From Octopus sinensis (taxonomy: Eukaryota): a stretch of 64,000 nt of DNA. The number at the start of each line of letters is the position of its first letter. The stretch's first letter is position 1. The stretch lies in assembly GCF_006345805.1 (NCBI RefSeq), contig NC_043001.1, forward strand, positions 115,010,001 through 115,074,000, in the 5' to 3' direction. A program made the translations under genes and the position numbers. Below are positions 13,783-25,993 of this stretch, in pieces. Below the pieces are notes generated by a model. The model did not search any database and was not told where the DNA came from. It saw only the letters and a program-made list of their open reading frames with translations.

Positions 13783-14689
13783 ATTGAACACGTCGCATCC
13801 ATTCCAAGTAGGTTTATCTTCGCCTATTTTTTGTGCAACTCACTACACTGTATTGTTTTCTTCCTCTCGTTTTTGGTTCATTCTTCCTCCATCCTTCTCT
13901 AATTCCCTTTCTCTCTTCCCTTCTTCACCGTTTTCTATCTCTCCCCTATTTATCCTTTTTTCTCACTCTTTCGTTGCTCACACGTGACCATCGTCCAGCC
14001 TTCTTTCCCTCACGGGACCATCATCCAGCCTTCTTTTTCTAATATGACCATCTTTCTTTTCCTGCTTGTACGTCTAAACGACTAAACTTTTTTTCTCTCT
14101 TCTATTTTTTTCTTTTTTCAAAGAATAAAAAAATGTTTTCCATTCGTACATATATACATGCATGCGTACACATCATTGCCATGTAGCTACATTAGATATC
14201 TTTCTGTAATCAATGGTGAAATGGTTCTAGTATTCCTTCTCGTGTTCATGTAAGTTTTATGAGAAAAATAGTTATCAAAATGCCAATGTTATATGTATAT
14301 TTGGTAATTTATAGAGAAGAGTTTCACGTTATAAACATTGGAGCCACATTCAGAAACACCAGTAACAGTGTAATACAAATGTTTTCTTTTCATCCATCAT
14401 CATTACTATTTAAAAAAATAATGATAAAGTGTAAAAATGATCATGAAAAGCCTTTCTTGAATGACACCAAAATCATCTAGCATACATTGGTGTCACCTTA
14501 CATGGTATATGAATATTTTTAGACGGTAATATAGCCTTCATTTGATCATTCATTTACATTTTTTCTCCCTAGTCGTATCAGCTGGGCACACCTTGTGTAT
14601 GAGCTAACCATGTAATGTTCATAGACTGTTTCATTTGGAGGGGTGATCATACATATTGTCTCTGTTTCTCTTTCCAATCTTTTTGACAA

Positions 14690-15400
14690 AATGTAGTTCC
14701 TCTGAATCTGTTTCAGACAATTTTGGAGAGTATTCTTTGACGAAGTGTACCTCCATTGCTTTACAGTATTTTGGGTTATCTCTTGAACATTTGTAAAAGG
14801 GAAAGATTTTGAACTTTCCTTCACTGCATATTTCTAGATGTGTTGTCTGTGTATTTATGGACGTTGGCAGAGAGAATTCTTTGCTTGGCAATTTAATTTT
14901 CCTTGCAATTGGGGCAAGGAATGCAGTATATGAGATTCTGCCTCTTGCAGTTCACATCTGCATTTACTTCCAACGAGAATCTGCTCTTGAATTTTATGTG
15001 TGAACCACTTTCTAAATATTTAAAGTTGTTGTTGCATGTTCCATATCTGCTATATCCACATTCTGTTATGGAGAATTCTGATTCATTCTCTAAAGTGATC
15101 TTTGCTCTTCTGATGTTTTTTTTTTTTTTGAGATTCTTTGGTTGGCGTCTACTATTTCGTAAGTGATTTTTATCAGTCAATTTATTTTATTTTAGGGCTT
15201 TATAAAAGATTAGTAAGTTTGATTTTATGCTGTGAAAGATGTTGACTACCCTAGGATAGTGCATATTGATAAATGGAATCGTGTGTTCATTAATGTTTCC
15301 CTTTGGTGTCCATAGTTGTGTGATGCTCAACTTCATCACCGTTTATTAATTCTAAGGGGTATTTCTGTTTTGTTAGGAAGCCTTTGAGCTCGTTGAATCG
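14690..15400 (-). mobile_element. Degenerate PLE 3' fragment (RT end plus GIY-YIG), different family
   Basis: Minus-strand peptides ECGYSRYGTC, VNCKRQNLIYCIPCPNCKEN and HLEICSEGKFKIFPFYK..MEVHFVKEYSPKL are typical of the PLE GIY-YIG region. Confidence 0.75.
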
Positions 15401-15580
15401 GATTTGAAGTTTTTTGGTGTCAATCACTATAGTACAGATACGTCTTGGCATGTTGTATGGGATGTTAAGTTTTATCTACTTTTTCTGAAAAAGCAACGTT
15501 TTGGACTTACGACACTTTTGTATAATAGAAACGATAAATACATAGATATACATATATACATACATATATATATATATAAA

Positions 15581-15684
15581 GTTTGAAGGAATCTGTGAAT
15601 ATGAAGATGAAATTGTTTAGGTTGGTATTGGGGATTCACATTAAATTAATCTTGATTGAGAAGAGCCGTGATTATCCTCATGCT

Positions 15685-15755
<71 letters not shown>

Positions 15756-16368
15756 ATATATATATATATATATATATATTATACATATATACATATATAC
15801 ATATATACTACATATATACATACAAAATACATACATACATATACACATAGATAGACAGCTATATATATATATTTACACACACACACACATATATATATAT
15901 ACATATTTATACATTACGAATTGATGTAGATGAATGAAGATAAATATATTTTAAAGTTTGCATATTTTATCACAAAATATGGAGTATACAGCTGAAGAAT
16001 GCAGTATGTATAAAATTTTAATTAAATTAATTTTTTAGATTGATTTATTTACTTTGTACATAAGACTAGTCCTGTATTAATCACGCTAACCTTAAAATAG
16101 ACTTAATTTATCTCGCCCGCCTTATATCAGCTTTTATCAAGGAGAATTGTCGATATTTTATTTAGACATTGATCATTCAACACGCATGGAAATAAGTTTT
16201 TTAACTGCTCTTCTACATCTCTCTATGCCTCTCTCTATACATGTATGTATGTATGTATGTATGTATGTATGTATGTATGTATGTATGTATGTATGTATGT
16301 ATGTATGTATGTATGTAGTATAGATAGATAGATAGACAGATAGATAGGCAGATAGATAGATAAATAGG

Positions 16369-16435
<67 letters not shown>

Positions 16436-16712
16436 CGTTAACGAGCCATATTTAACAAGATTTGGACCAGAATATGTAACCAATTCCGGATATATTGCTA
16501 TCATCAGACAATAATCACCGAAGCAATCTCTCTGTGTCCACTCGCCCATCCAGGAGTAGCAGCTTAATTTCTCTCATATCACACCGTTTTAGATGTATTG
16601 TCTTAAGAGCATGAGGGTAATCACGGCTCTTCTCAATCAAGATTAATTTAATGTGAATCCCCAATAACAACCTAAACAATATTCATCTTCATATTCACAG
16701 ATTCCTTCAAAC
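15581..16712. repeat. 108-bp inverted repeat pair (15581-15688 / 16604-16712)
   Basis: The arms are reverse complements with about 4 differences. Confidence 0.9.
16237..16435. repeat. Compound microsatellite (TATG)n(GATA)n
   Basis: Direct reading of the sequence. Confidence 0.95.
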
Positions 16713-17210
16713 GTTAGTGATGGCGTCTTTAATATTCTTTTGATGTTGAATAGAAATCTGTTTGTCTTGGTGCTAAAATTCTGTGTATACATATATCAAA
16801 AACGATCCATCCTTCAACAATTCCTGATTTACTTATGCCACGCGTATACACCAAGAGATTTAACTGCCGTCTTATCTTCCAGGCTTATCAGCAAACTAGG
16901 TTCTAATAGACAATGAACATGATGGCAACTGTCGCCTTGCTGAATATAATTCAGTTTTGGCTCCTATATCAGATGTTCTTATGTCCATTGATTCGTTTTG
17001 ATTTTTATCATGATGGTTACCCATATACCATTTTCACTCCATAGTATTCGGGGTAGAGTTGGTGTTAATCAATCATTCGACTTGTTCCGAGGTACATGTA
17101 ATCAGTAGAAGGTGGAACCTAATCTCAAAAGAATACAGGAGCAAACAGTGTTTCAGCGCATTGCTGTGTCAATCATTCAACTGGTAATAGGTTTGTGATT
17201 TCATTTCTTA

Positions 17211-17623
17211 TTTCTTTACTACCAACAAGTGGCTACACACAGAAAGGACAAACAAGGACGGACACACAGATTAAGCCGATTATATAGACCCCCCGTGCGT
17301 AACTGGTACTTGTTTAATCGAATCCGAAAGGATGAAAGGTAAAGTCGACCGCGATGGAATTTGAACTCAGAACGTAGCGGCATACGAAATACCTATTTCT
17401 TTACTACCCACAAGGGGCTAAACACAGAGAACAAACAAGGACAGACATAGGTATTAAGTCGATTACATCGACCCCAGTTCGTAACTGGTACTTAATTTAT
17501 CGACCCCGAAAGGATGAAAGGCAAAGTCGACCTCGGCAGAATTTGAACTCACAACGTAACGCAGACGAAATACCGCTAAGCATTTCGCACGGTGTGCTAA
17601 CGTTTCTGCCAGCTAACCGCCTT
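17211..17623 (-). mobile_element. SINE family A, head plus duplicated body
   Basis: Reverse complement of the family A consensus, with the same body-body junction as at 3037. Confidence 0.85.
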
Positions 17624-18496
17624 TTGTGGGTTCATTTCTATCAGAAATATCGTTATCAGTTTACGTTGGCGATTGATCTTCATATAAACAAATCCATACA
17701 TCATTTATTAACGCTCTGGATCAAGTAGTTGAATCGCGGATTTAGACTCCTACCTTTGATTCAACACTAAATAGTTTTATGGTTTTACGGTCAAAGGAAG
17801 CATAACTTCAATTCTCTTTCTTCGTTTTCTCCTTTCTTTTCCCGTTTCTTTTTCACACTTCCACTTTTTCATCCATCCTCTGTTTTTTTTCTCGTGATTT
17901 CTCTTGTTTTATTGTCCTGATATGTAAGTGGCATTGGCCATGTGCACCGACCTTGTAGATTGCTTGGAGACACTAGAAGTGTCATTAAAACCTGCCGAGA
18001 TCACACCTCCAATGTATGAAACTATCAATACCTCATAACTATATATTACGTAAATTAATCAACATCTATCTCTCACCGGATGGAGAAACGGAGAAGTGAA
18101 GTACCAGCAGTCAAATGAAAATTTTCATGATTTCCTTACCTTCTCACTTAGTGTCAAGCAGCGCAGAAGTTATCAAGGATCATCCAACTTATTTTGGACC
18201 GTATTGTAACACCACCTTTCATTTTGTCCCTGCAATAATTGTACCTACTATACGAAAAGACGAAAAGAGAGACACCTGATATCACTCCAATTATGCAATA
18301 GCAATTTTGCCTGACTATTTTGTAAGGACTTTTTTCCCATGTTTTTTCTTTTGTCCTTTCCTCAAACAATTCTGACGTATGCTGAAAAGCGTTTTTGGGG
18401 TTTTTTCAAGAACAGATTTCATAATAAAAACTTAAATGTCGCATCATCTAAAATTCATGACATTGTCACTTAAACTGTTTATATTTTCGAACTTAT

Positions 18497-18550
<54 letters not shown>

Positions 18551-18555
18551 GTATG

Positions 18556-18587
<32 letters not shown>

Positions 18588-18616
18588 TGTATGTATATGT
18601 ATATGCATGTATGCAC

Positions 18617-18668
<52 letters not shown>

Positions 18669-20982
18669 GTGCACAGATACACACATGTATGAATCTATCT
18701 ATCAATCATCTATCTATCTATATATGTGTTTGTGTTTGTGTGTGTGCGTGTACGTGTGTACTCGAGCGTGCGTTTGGGTATGTAGGTAATATACAGAAAG
18801 AGAAAATGAATGGTGTATAAAAAAAATCAACTTAAATCAAAATGAAGAAAATGAGGCATAAAAGCCAAGAGATGCATGCAAAAGTATACATGCAAACGTG
18901 GATGGTGATGTTAATTTTTCTCGACAGTACTCCAAAGGAATTATATAACTATTAAAATTTTCCTCTTTTTAAATCTGAAGTGATGCATATTACGAAAGAC
19001 AAATATAGAAATTTTACAACGAAATCATATCTGCAGCAGTCTTTGTCATTTATAAGAGCAATCTGTTTGGCAGAGAAGATAAATAAATTTGTTGATAAAT
19101 GTCACGTTTGACAGGTTTTTTACCTCTTTATTTCATATCTTTAAAATTATAGTTATTATATATTATAAACTGTAATGTATTAGAAGGTGAAGCTTCTTGA
19201 ATAACTCCAAGTCTTACGTTTGAGATTGTTCAAACGATTGACATTTCATTTCTTTATAACCGCAAATAATGAAGAAAAAAGTCATCGGAGGCGCGATGCA
19301 TACCCTGCGCGTAGATAAAGTTTTCGCAAATTACAGTGTGCCTTACAAGGCGTTGCTTACCCATGCTTTTTAATTGAACTGAATTAAGTTTTGTAAGAGT
19401 TTGGCTAAAAGCGGATTAGTATCGATTCATATAAAAACAAAAAGTGAAGAAATTAATATGACCACTTGCTTATCGCGAAATTTGTAAATTCGGTCTAACC
19501 TCTTTTTATATACTCTAGTGAAATTAAGAAATCAACTCGTAAATAAAAGAAACCCTCGAATTCATCAGACACGCGCACACACAGTCGCATATGTATGTAT
19601 ATTTGTATATATGTATGCACGTATGTATATATGTAGGTAGGTAGGTAGGTAGATAGGCTGGTAGGTAGGTAGGTAGATAGTCAGGTTGGTAGGTAGATAG
19701 GTAGGTAGGTAGGTAGGTAGGTAGGTAGGTAGGTAGGTTGGTAGGTACGTACGTAGGTATGTATGCATGTATGTACCCACACGTGCCTACGTTCATATGA
19801 ACATGATATATACACATGCAGACGAGGGTCGATTTATATGAAAGAGAAAGTGAACAAAATAATATGACCACTTGCTTACCGGGTAATTTGTACGTTGGAT
19901 ATTTATTTTAAGATAATCAAACCAAATGTTCATCATTTTGAGCCACTCACCCACTTCACCCACTTCAATACCACCTTAGTACTATGTGCAATCTAAGTCA
20001 TGAAATTAGAAAGAAAATGTTGATGAAGATAGACTGACGGAGTACATGTGATGGTTTTCCTTTTATGTAAATATCGACCACTCTTTTAATGAGTTACAAA
20101 TATATTGCGCATGAAACATTTGCCTTCTAGTTTGTAATTAGGGATTGTATTTTGCAGTTAGTGATTCAACAATAAATAGCTTTCGGAATATCAGCAAGAA
20201 TTCTACGATTTGGATTTTCTACGAAATTAAAGATAGGGTGCAATATAATGTAACATTTCTCCGGGAGACAGTAATTGCAATTTCTGACAATATTAATGCA
20301 GTGAGATGGCATTTGTCCATTCACGATAAGTATCCACATTTAATTTTTAAACTGTTTCTAATTCATAGTTGCATCCTACCGTTTCTTTCTTAAACTCATT
20401 ACAGGCAATAATTTTTTTCTCTTTAATACTATCCCGAATACTGTCCCAAAAAGAAACTTATGATGGAGAACACAAAATGCTAGATAAATTTTTCTATATA
20501 TTTTGTTAAACGCAAACGTGTAATTAGTTTTAACGATGTGTGTGCGCGCACATGCACGCGTCTCTTTATATATACATATACATATATAAAGACGCGTGCA
20601 CGCGCACACACACAGTATTTACATACATTGTGTTTACATACATTGTGCGGACCCACCATTTATCCTGATTACCAACTTTAAACTAAAAGTAAACTAACTA
20701 GGATCTTTTCACAATGTCACCAACGTTCACTCTTTGACTTGGTACTGCAAAACACCCACATATATAACAAAAAGAACCAGTGGGATTCAAACGTTTCAAG
20801 TATGGAACTACGGGTGGGACCAATACGAGCCAGCCCATAGAAAAAAAACTAGACGTGATAGAAAAAGAAAACTATTGCCATTTTAAAACTCAGCGACACC
20901 AAATTACACCAAAGCAGGTGTCAAACTGCTGAATATGGTAGCATAGTTTGGATTAGAGTTACAACTTGCTATTTTGATATAA

Positions 20983-21296
20983 CTGGTACTCAGTCGGTTA
21001 TGACGACGAAGGTTCCAGTTGATCTGATTAACAGAACAACCTGCTCGTGAAATTAACATGGATGTGGCTGAGCACTCCAGAGACTCGTGTGCCCTTAACG
21101 TAGTTCTCAGAGAGATTTAGCGTGATACAGAGTGTGACAAGGCTGGCTCTTTGAAATACAGGTACTACTCAATTTTGCCAGCTGAGCGGAATGGAGTAAC
21201 GTAATATAAGTGTCTTGGTCAACGACACAATGCGTCGCCGGGAATGACATATAATCGTGAGCCGAATATCCTAACCACTAGGCCATGCGCCTTCAC
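20983..21296 (-). mobile_element. tRNA-derived SINE (head type 1, tail X)
   Basis: Head GGCGCATGGCCTAGTGGTTAGG (A box); tail ..GGAACCTTCGTCGTCATAACCGACTGAGTAC. Confidence 0.85.
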
Positions 21297-21639
21297 TAAC
21301 TTTGATATGAAGTATAGAAAACCAGAGAGCGATGGCTTCAGAGGAACCAGTTGTAAATTCTACCTGCTGCAGAGCAGGAGAGATGCTGGCGATGATGCTG
21401 GGACTAGTGTTGGTGTTGGGCAATCAGAAAATTTTACTTAATTCTTAAAGTTTCTAACAACAGTATAGCGGTGGCAATGTTAGTGCACACATGCCATAGC
21501 ACCGGTAAAGAAGTATGGGTTCATTCAGGGCAGCATGAGTTTGATAATGCATATTTTGACGCTGTTTTTAACGGCGAATCAGAATATGTTATAACCGAAA
21601 CTAGGACAATATGTTTGCGCCTAATATGATCGTTTTGGT

Positions 21640-22370
21640 GCCATTGTATTAGATCAGTCAACTGCTTAAAGCGGACATAATTCTTTTAAGTTTCATATGG
21701 TTAATATTGCAATATACTCTGCCCAGCAAGAATCTTCGTCTTCTATACCCATGTTTTTCTGTTCGTAGTCGACAAATTCCAAGACATTTGTGTCATTTAC
21801 TTCTCACGCAAGACCGTCCTTAAAATTCCTGATACCATTTTGGGATCCATCTCTAAATCATGCCATTGCTTTGTTCAGAAGGAGCTCTAAATCTGGAGCT
21901 CTACTAGGAAATAGCCTGTGCCATCCATTCAAAATACAAACTTGATTTACAACTTTCCAAGCCTTGCTGATGAAGTGAATTCCTGGAAAGAATATTGAAC
22001 CGTTTCTAGCATTACAATACTGTTGCGCGAGTGACTCCTGCATTCTCTCAATTGTAAGGTCAAGATAGAGAAGCTTAAAGTTAGCCATCACTTCCTAGTC
22101 AATGGGCTGTAACAAAAATGTATGCTTATCTGGTAGATAAATTCGATTTCTTTTTGGGGGTGACATAACGCTGCTGGATGGTCAGATGAGTTGTTTAATA
22201 CAAGAATTGCTTTAGAAGAAATACTGTTCCTAACACAATACTCTTTAACTTCACTTTGGAAGTGGATCATAAAGCATTCTTCAAAGACCGCTTCAGTTAT
22301 CCATCTTTCGTGATTAACATGTTAGTGCACAGGCAAATACAACATGCTAATGTTCGCGAAGGTCCAGTGC
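21640..22370 (-). mobile_element. pogo/Tigger-type DDE transposase remnant
   Basis: EVKEYC..SKAILVLNNSSDHP, a QPLD-like segment, and MANFKLLYL..ISKAWKVV..ILNGWHRLFP. Confidence 0.7.
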
Positions 22371-23295
22371 CGTAAACTCATAAAATCAGACACATGACTT
22401 TTATCTGCTATAAGATTCTACAGACAAACAGTAATCCAAGATGCCAAACTTTTATAACAGTTTAAAAACTGGATGTCTATACTGTCCTGTAGAAACAGCT
22501 ATGACAACGTTCTGGTGGTGCAGTTACTGCTGCGGCTGTCGTCGTCGGCGGCGATGGAGGAAGTAGCTCTGACATTGGTGGCGTCGGCAGCGGTAAGGGT
22601 GGTGGTAGTAGTGGTGGTGTTTGTGGTGGTGGCGGAAACAGCGGTTGTGATGGTAGCAGTGCAGGTGGCGGGAGTGGCAGCGGCGATGGTGGAGGTGGTG
22701 GTGGGGATGGTGGTGGTGTAGTCTATGGTATTGGTGATGGTGATGATAATGATAATGGAGATCAGGATGATACGACGACAATGACGACGACGATGATGAT
22801 GAGGCGGAGGAGCAGGAAGAGGAGGTCGACGCTGATATTGAAGACGGCGGCAAAGTAGCTGATGATGATGTCTGAGACAGCCAAGGAACAGTGGCTGGAT
22901 ATTCCGTTGCCACATCGTCTGCATCACCAAAATATTTGCCGGACCATCGATACCAGTCGATATAGACGGAGTGTCCGATAAGACAGAATTAATCCATACA
23001 GCAAAAACACTTAAAACTGGATAAACAACAACAACGGAATGGCCAATATCTAACGGCATATTTAAGAACAATACCACATACCCACACACGCTCGTGCTTA
23101 CACACACACACACATACAGAAGCATAAACACATGCATACGCTTAGAGTATTGCGTGGTCGTGTCTCTGTGCGTGTGTGTGTGTGTGTGTGTGTGTGCATG
23201 TGTGCATCATACATATATACACCACCCACACATAAACTTGTATTCACACAACCGTTCATACACAAACATGTGTGTGTACCACACACACACACCAC

Positions 23296-23327
<32 letters not shown>

Positions 23328-23441
23328 TATATTTGAGTAGTTGAATGAATTATCTTAATAAGGATAATTCGAAAGATAACCGATACCTGGGTAGCAAATT
23401 CACATCTTCAGCTCCATTCTTTCATACACTTATATTTTTAA

Positions 23442-23475
<34 letters not shown>

Positions 23476-23502
23476 TATATATAATATATATACATATATA
23501 TA

Positions 23503-23544
<42 letters not shown>

Positions 23545-23556
23545 ATATATATATAT

Positions 23557-23588
<32 letters not shown>

Positions 23589-23599
23589 CATAGATACAG

Positions 23600-23638
<39 letters not shown>

Positions 23639-23645
23639 TAGCTCT

Positions 23646-23956
23646 CTTTACACTCTCTTTTACTTGTTTCAGTCATTTGACTGCGGCAATGCTGGAGCAC
23701 CGCCTTTAGTCGAGCAAATCGGCCCCGGGACTTATTCTTTATAAGCCCAGTACTTATTCTATCGGTCTCTTTTGCCGAACCGCTAGATGACGGGAACGTA
23801 AACACACCAGCATCGGTTGTCAAGCAATGCTAGGGGGACAAACACAGACACACAAACACACACACACAGATATATATATACATATATATGACAGACTTCT
23901 TTCAGTTTCCGTCTACCAAATCCACTCACAAGGCATTGGTCGGCCCGGGGCTATAG

Positions 23957-23958
<2 letters not shown>
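23646..23958 (-). mobile_element. SINE family B, 5'-truncated
   Basis: Tail and middle match family B; the head is replaced by (TA)n. Confidence 0.85.
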
Positions 23959-23993
<35 letters not shown>

Positions 23994-24640
23994 GTATGTG
24001 TGTACGTATGTATGTATATATGTACATCCTAAACAAATTCAGCAACAACTCGCAGAAAAGGACTTAGCTGTTTCTGTATCGATCCGTAAATATACAAACA
24101 TAAATGCACACGCACGCGCACGCACACACACACTCAGAGAGTGAGAGAGTGTGAGTGACACACAGACAGATAGACAGACTCACACAGACTCAGATAAACT
24201 TACATATACATTTACGTGCGTGTTTTCTTAGTAACATATGTATGTCTACGCATATGCATACACACATATACAAACACAACTCTACAGAATGTGTGTATGA
24301 GTGTGTGTGTGTTTGTGTGTCTGTTTGTCTGTGTATCTGTGAGCGTGTCCTTGTATGCATATAAGCAAAGATATATCCAATTTCGTTGCAGGCTACGTAA
24401 AGTATTTATTAGTTTACTGCGGAAAATCTAACTTAATTATTCAGAGAGAATATCATTGGTGAATATCGGGATTTTGCTGCGAATTTAGCTATGCTTGTGT
24501 TTTTGATTATGGCTTGCAATGTGTGTATTTATTGATACACATACGCGTATTCAGATACAGACAGGCATACTGACGACTCGACTCATGTATAAAATCATAT
24601 ATACATATATATGTATATGTATGTATGTATATATATATAT

Positions 24641-24683
<43 letters not shown>

Positions 24684-24810
24684 GTTATATATATAACATT
24701 ATATATTTATGTATGTAGATATATACAATATCTGTATATACATATATATATTTATATATTATATATATATAATATATACATATACATATATATATCTAAA
24801 AAATAAATAC

Positions 24811-24893
<83 letters not shown>

Positions 24894-25599
24894 TATATGT
24901 ATATATATGATAGCTCGTCATAATGCAGACACATATACTGTGTGTAATATATGAGTCTGTGAGATATAACCGGCAGCTACGTGTACACACACAGTTACAC
25001 ACAGACACGTATATACATACATGCATGCATACATACATATACACTGACATATATGCATACATGTGTTCTGTGTATGTGTGTGTGAGTGTGTGTCTGTGCA
25101 TGTGTGCGTGTGTAATAACTTTTTACATAGGTATACATGTATGTCTGCATTTAAAACTGGGATACTGCTTATATAGATTATTATGTTTCGTAAATGATGG
25201 ATAAATATTCAGTATAAGATATGCCACGGAATCAAAATGAAAATAATATAAAAATTAATTCTATTATAAACTAATCAATCAGAACGAATCCTAAAGTCAA
25301 TTTGACCGACGAACAATGATTCTTACGTAGGCAGGATGCCACTCTAACCGAAAATTGTAATCTAAATTCACTATATATTCATTTTGTTCATCGGCTTATA
25401 GATAAGAAGTTCGTTTCGCAAGTACACTCTAACGGTTTCTATCCCGCTGTTTAACACCTAGGGCTAGTTTCTTCTTGCATAACTTCACTTGAGCCAAATT
25501 TTGTGAGTGAGGTTTAAAAGAAAGGTTATATTTGCTAAAGCTTGTAGTCGCGAAATATTTCCTGTAATAGTTGACTTACGCCAGTCTCGGCTCGATTAA

Positions 25600-25795
25600 A
25601 AACTTGTGGGTGGATTTCTTAGACGGGAACTGAAAAAATCACATCGCAGATGTGTGTGTGTGTTTGCATTGTAGTGTTTCTGTCTCTTTCCAACAACCGT
25701 TTCGGTTTCTTCGCGACCCTGTAACTTAGTAGTTCGACAAAAGCGACCAATCGAAAACGTACTAGCCTTCAAAATATAAGTATTAGGAGAGATTC
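25600..25795 (+). mobile_element. Degenerate SINE family B fragment
   Basis: GTGGGTGGATTT..GACGGGAACTGAAA, (TG)n, TAACTTAGTAGTTCGACAAAAG. Confidence 0.55.
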
Positions 25796-25839
25796 TATTT
25801 TATTGAAACAAAATTAAGCACACACACATACACACAAAC

Positions 25840-25939
25840 NNNNNNNNNNNNNNNNNNNNNNNNNNNNNNNNNNNNNNNNNNNNNNNNNNNNNNNNNNNNN
25901 NNNNNNNNNNNNNNNNNNNNNNNNNNNNNNNNNNNNNNN
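25840..25939. other. Assembly gap (100 N)
   Basis: A run of exactly 100 N, a typical placeholder for a gap of unknown size. Confidence 1.
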
Positions 25940-25956
25940 ATATATTATATATATAT

Positions 25957-25993
<37 letters not shown>

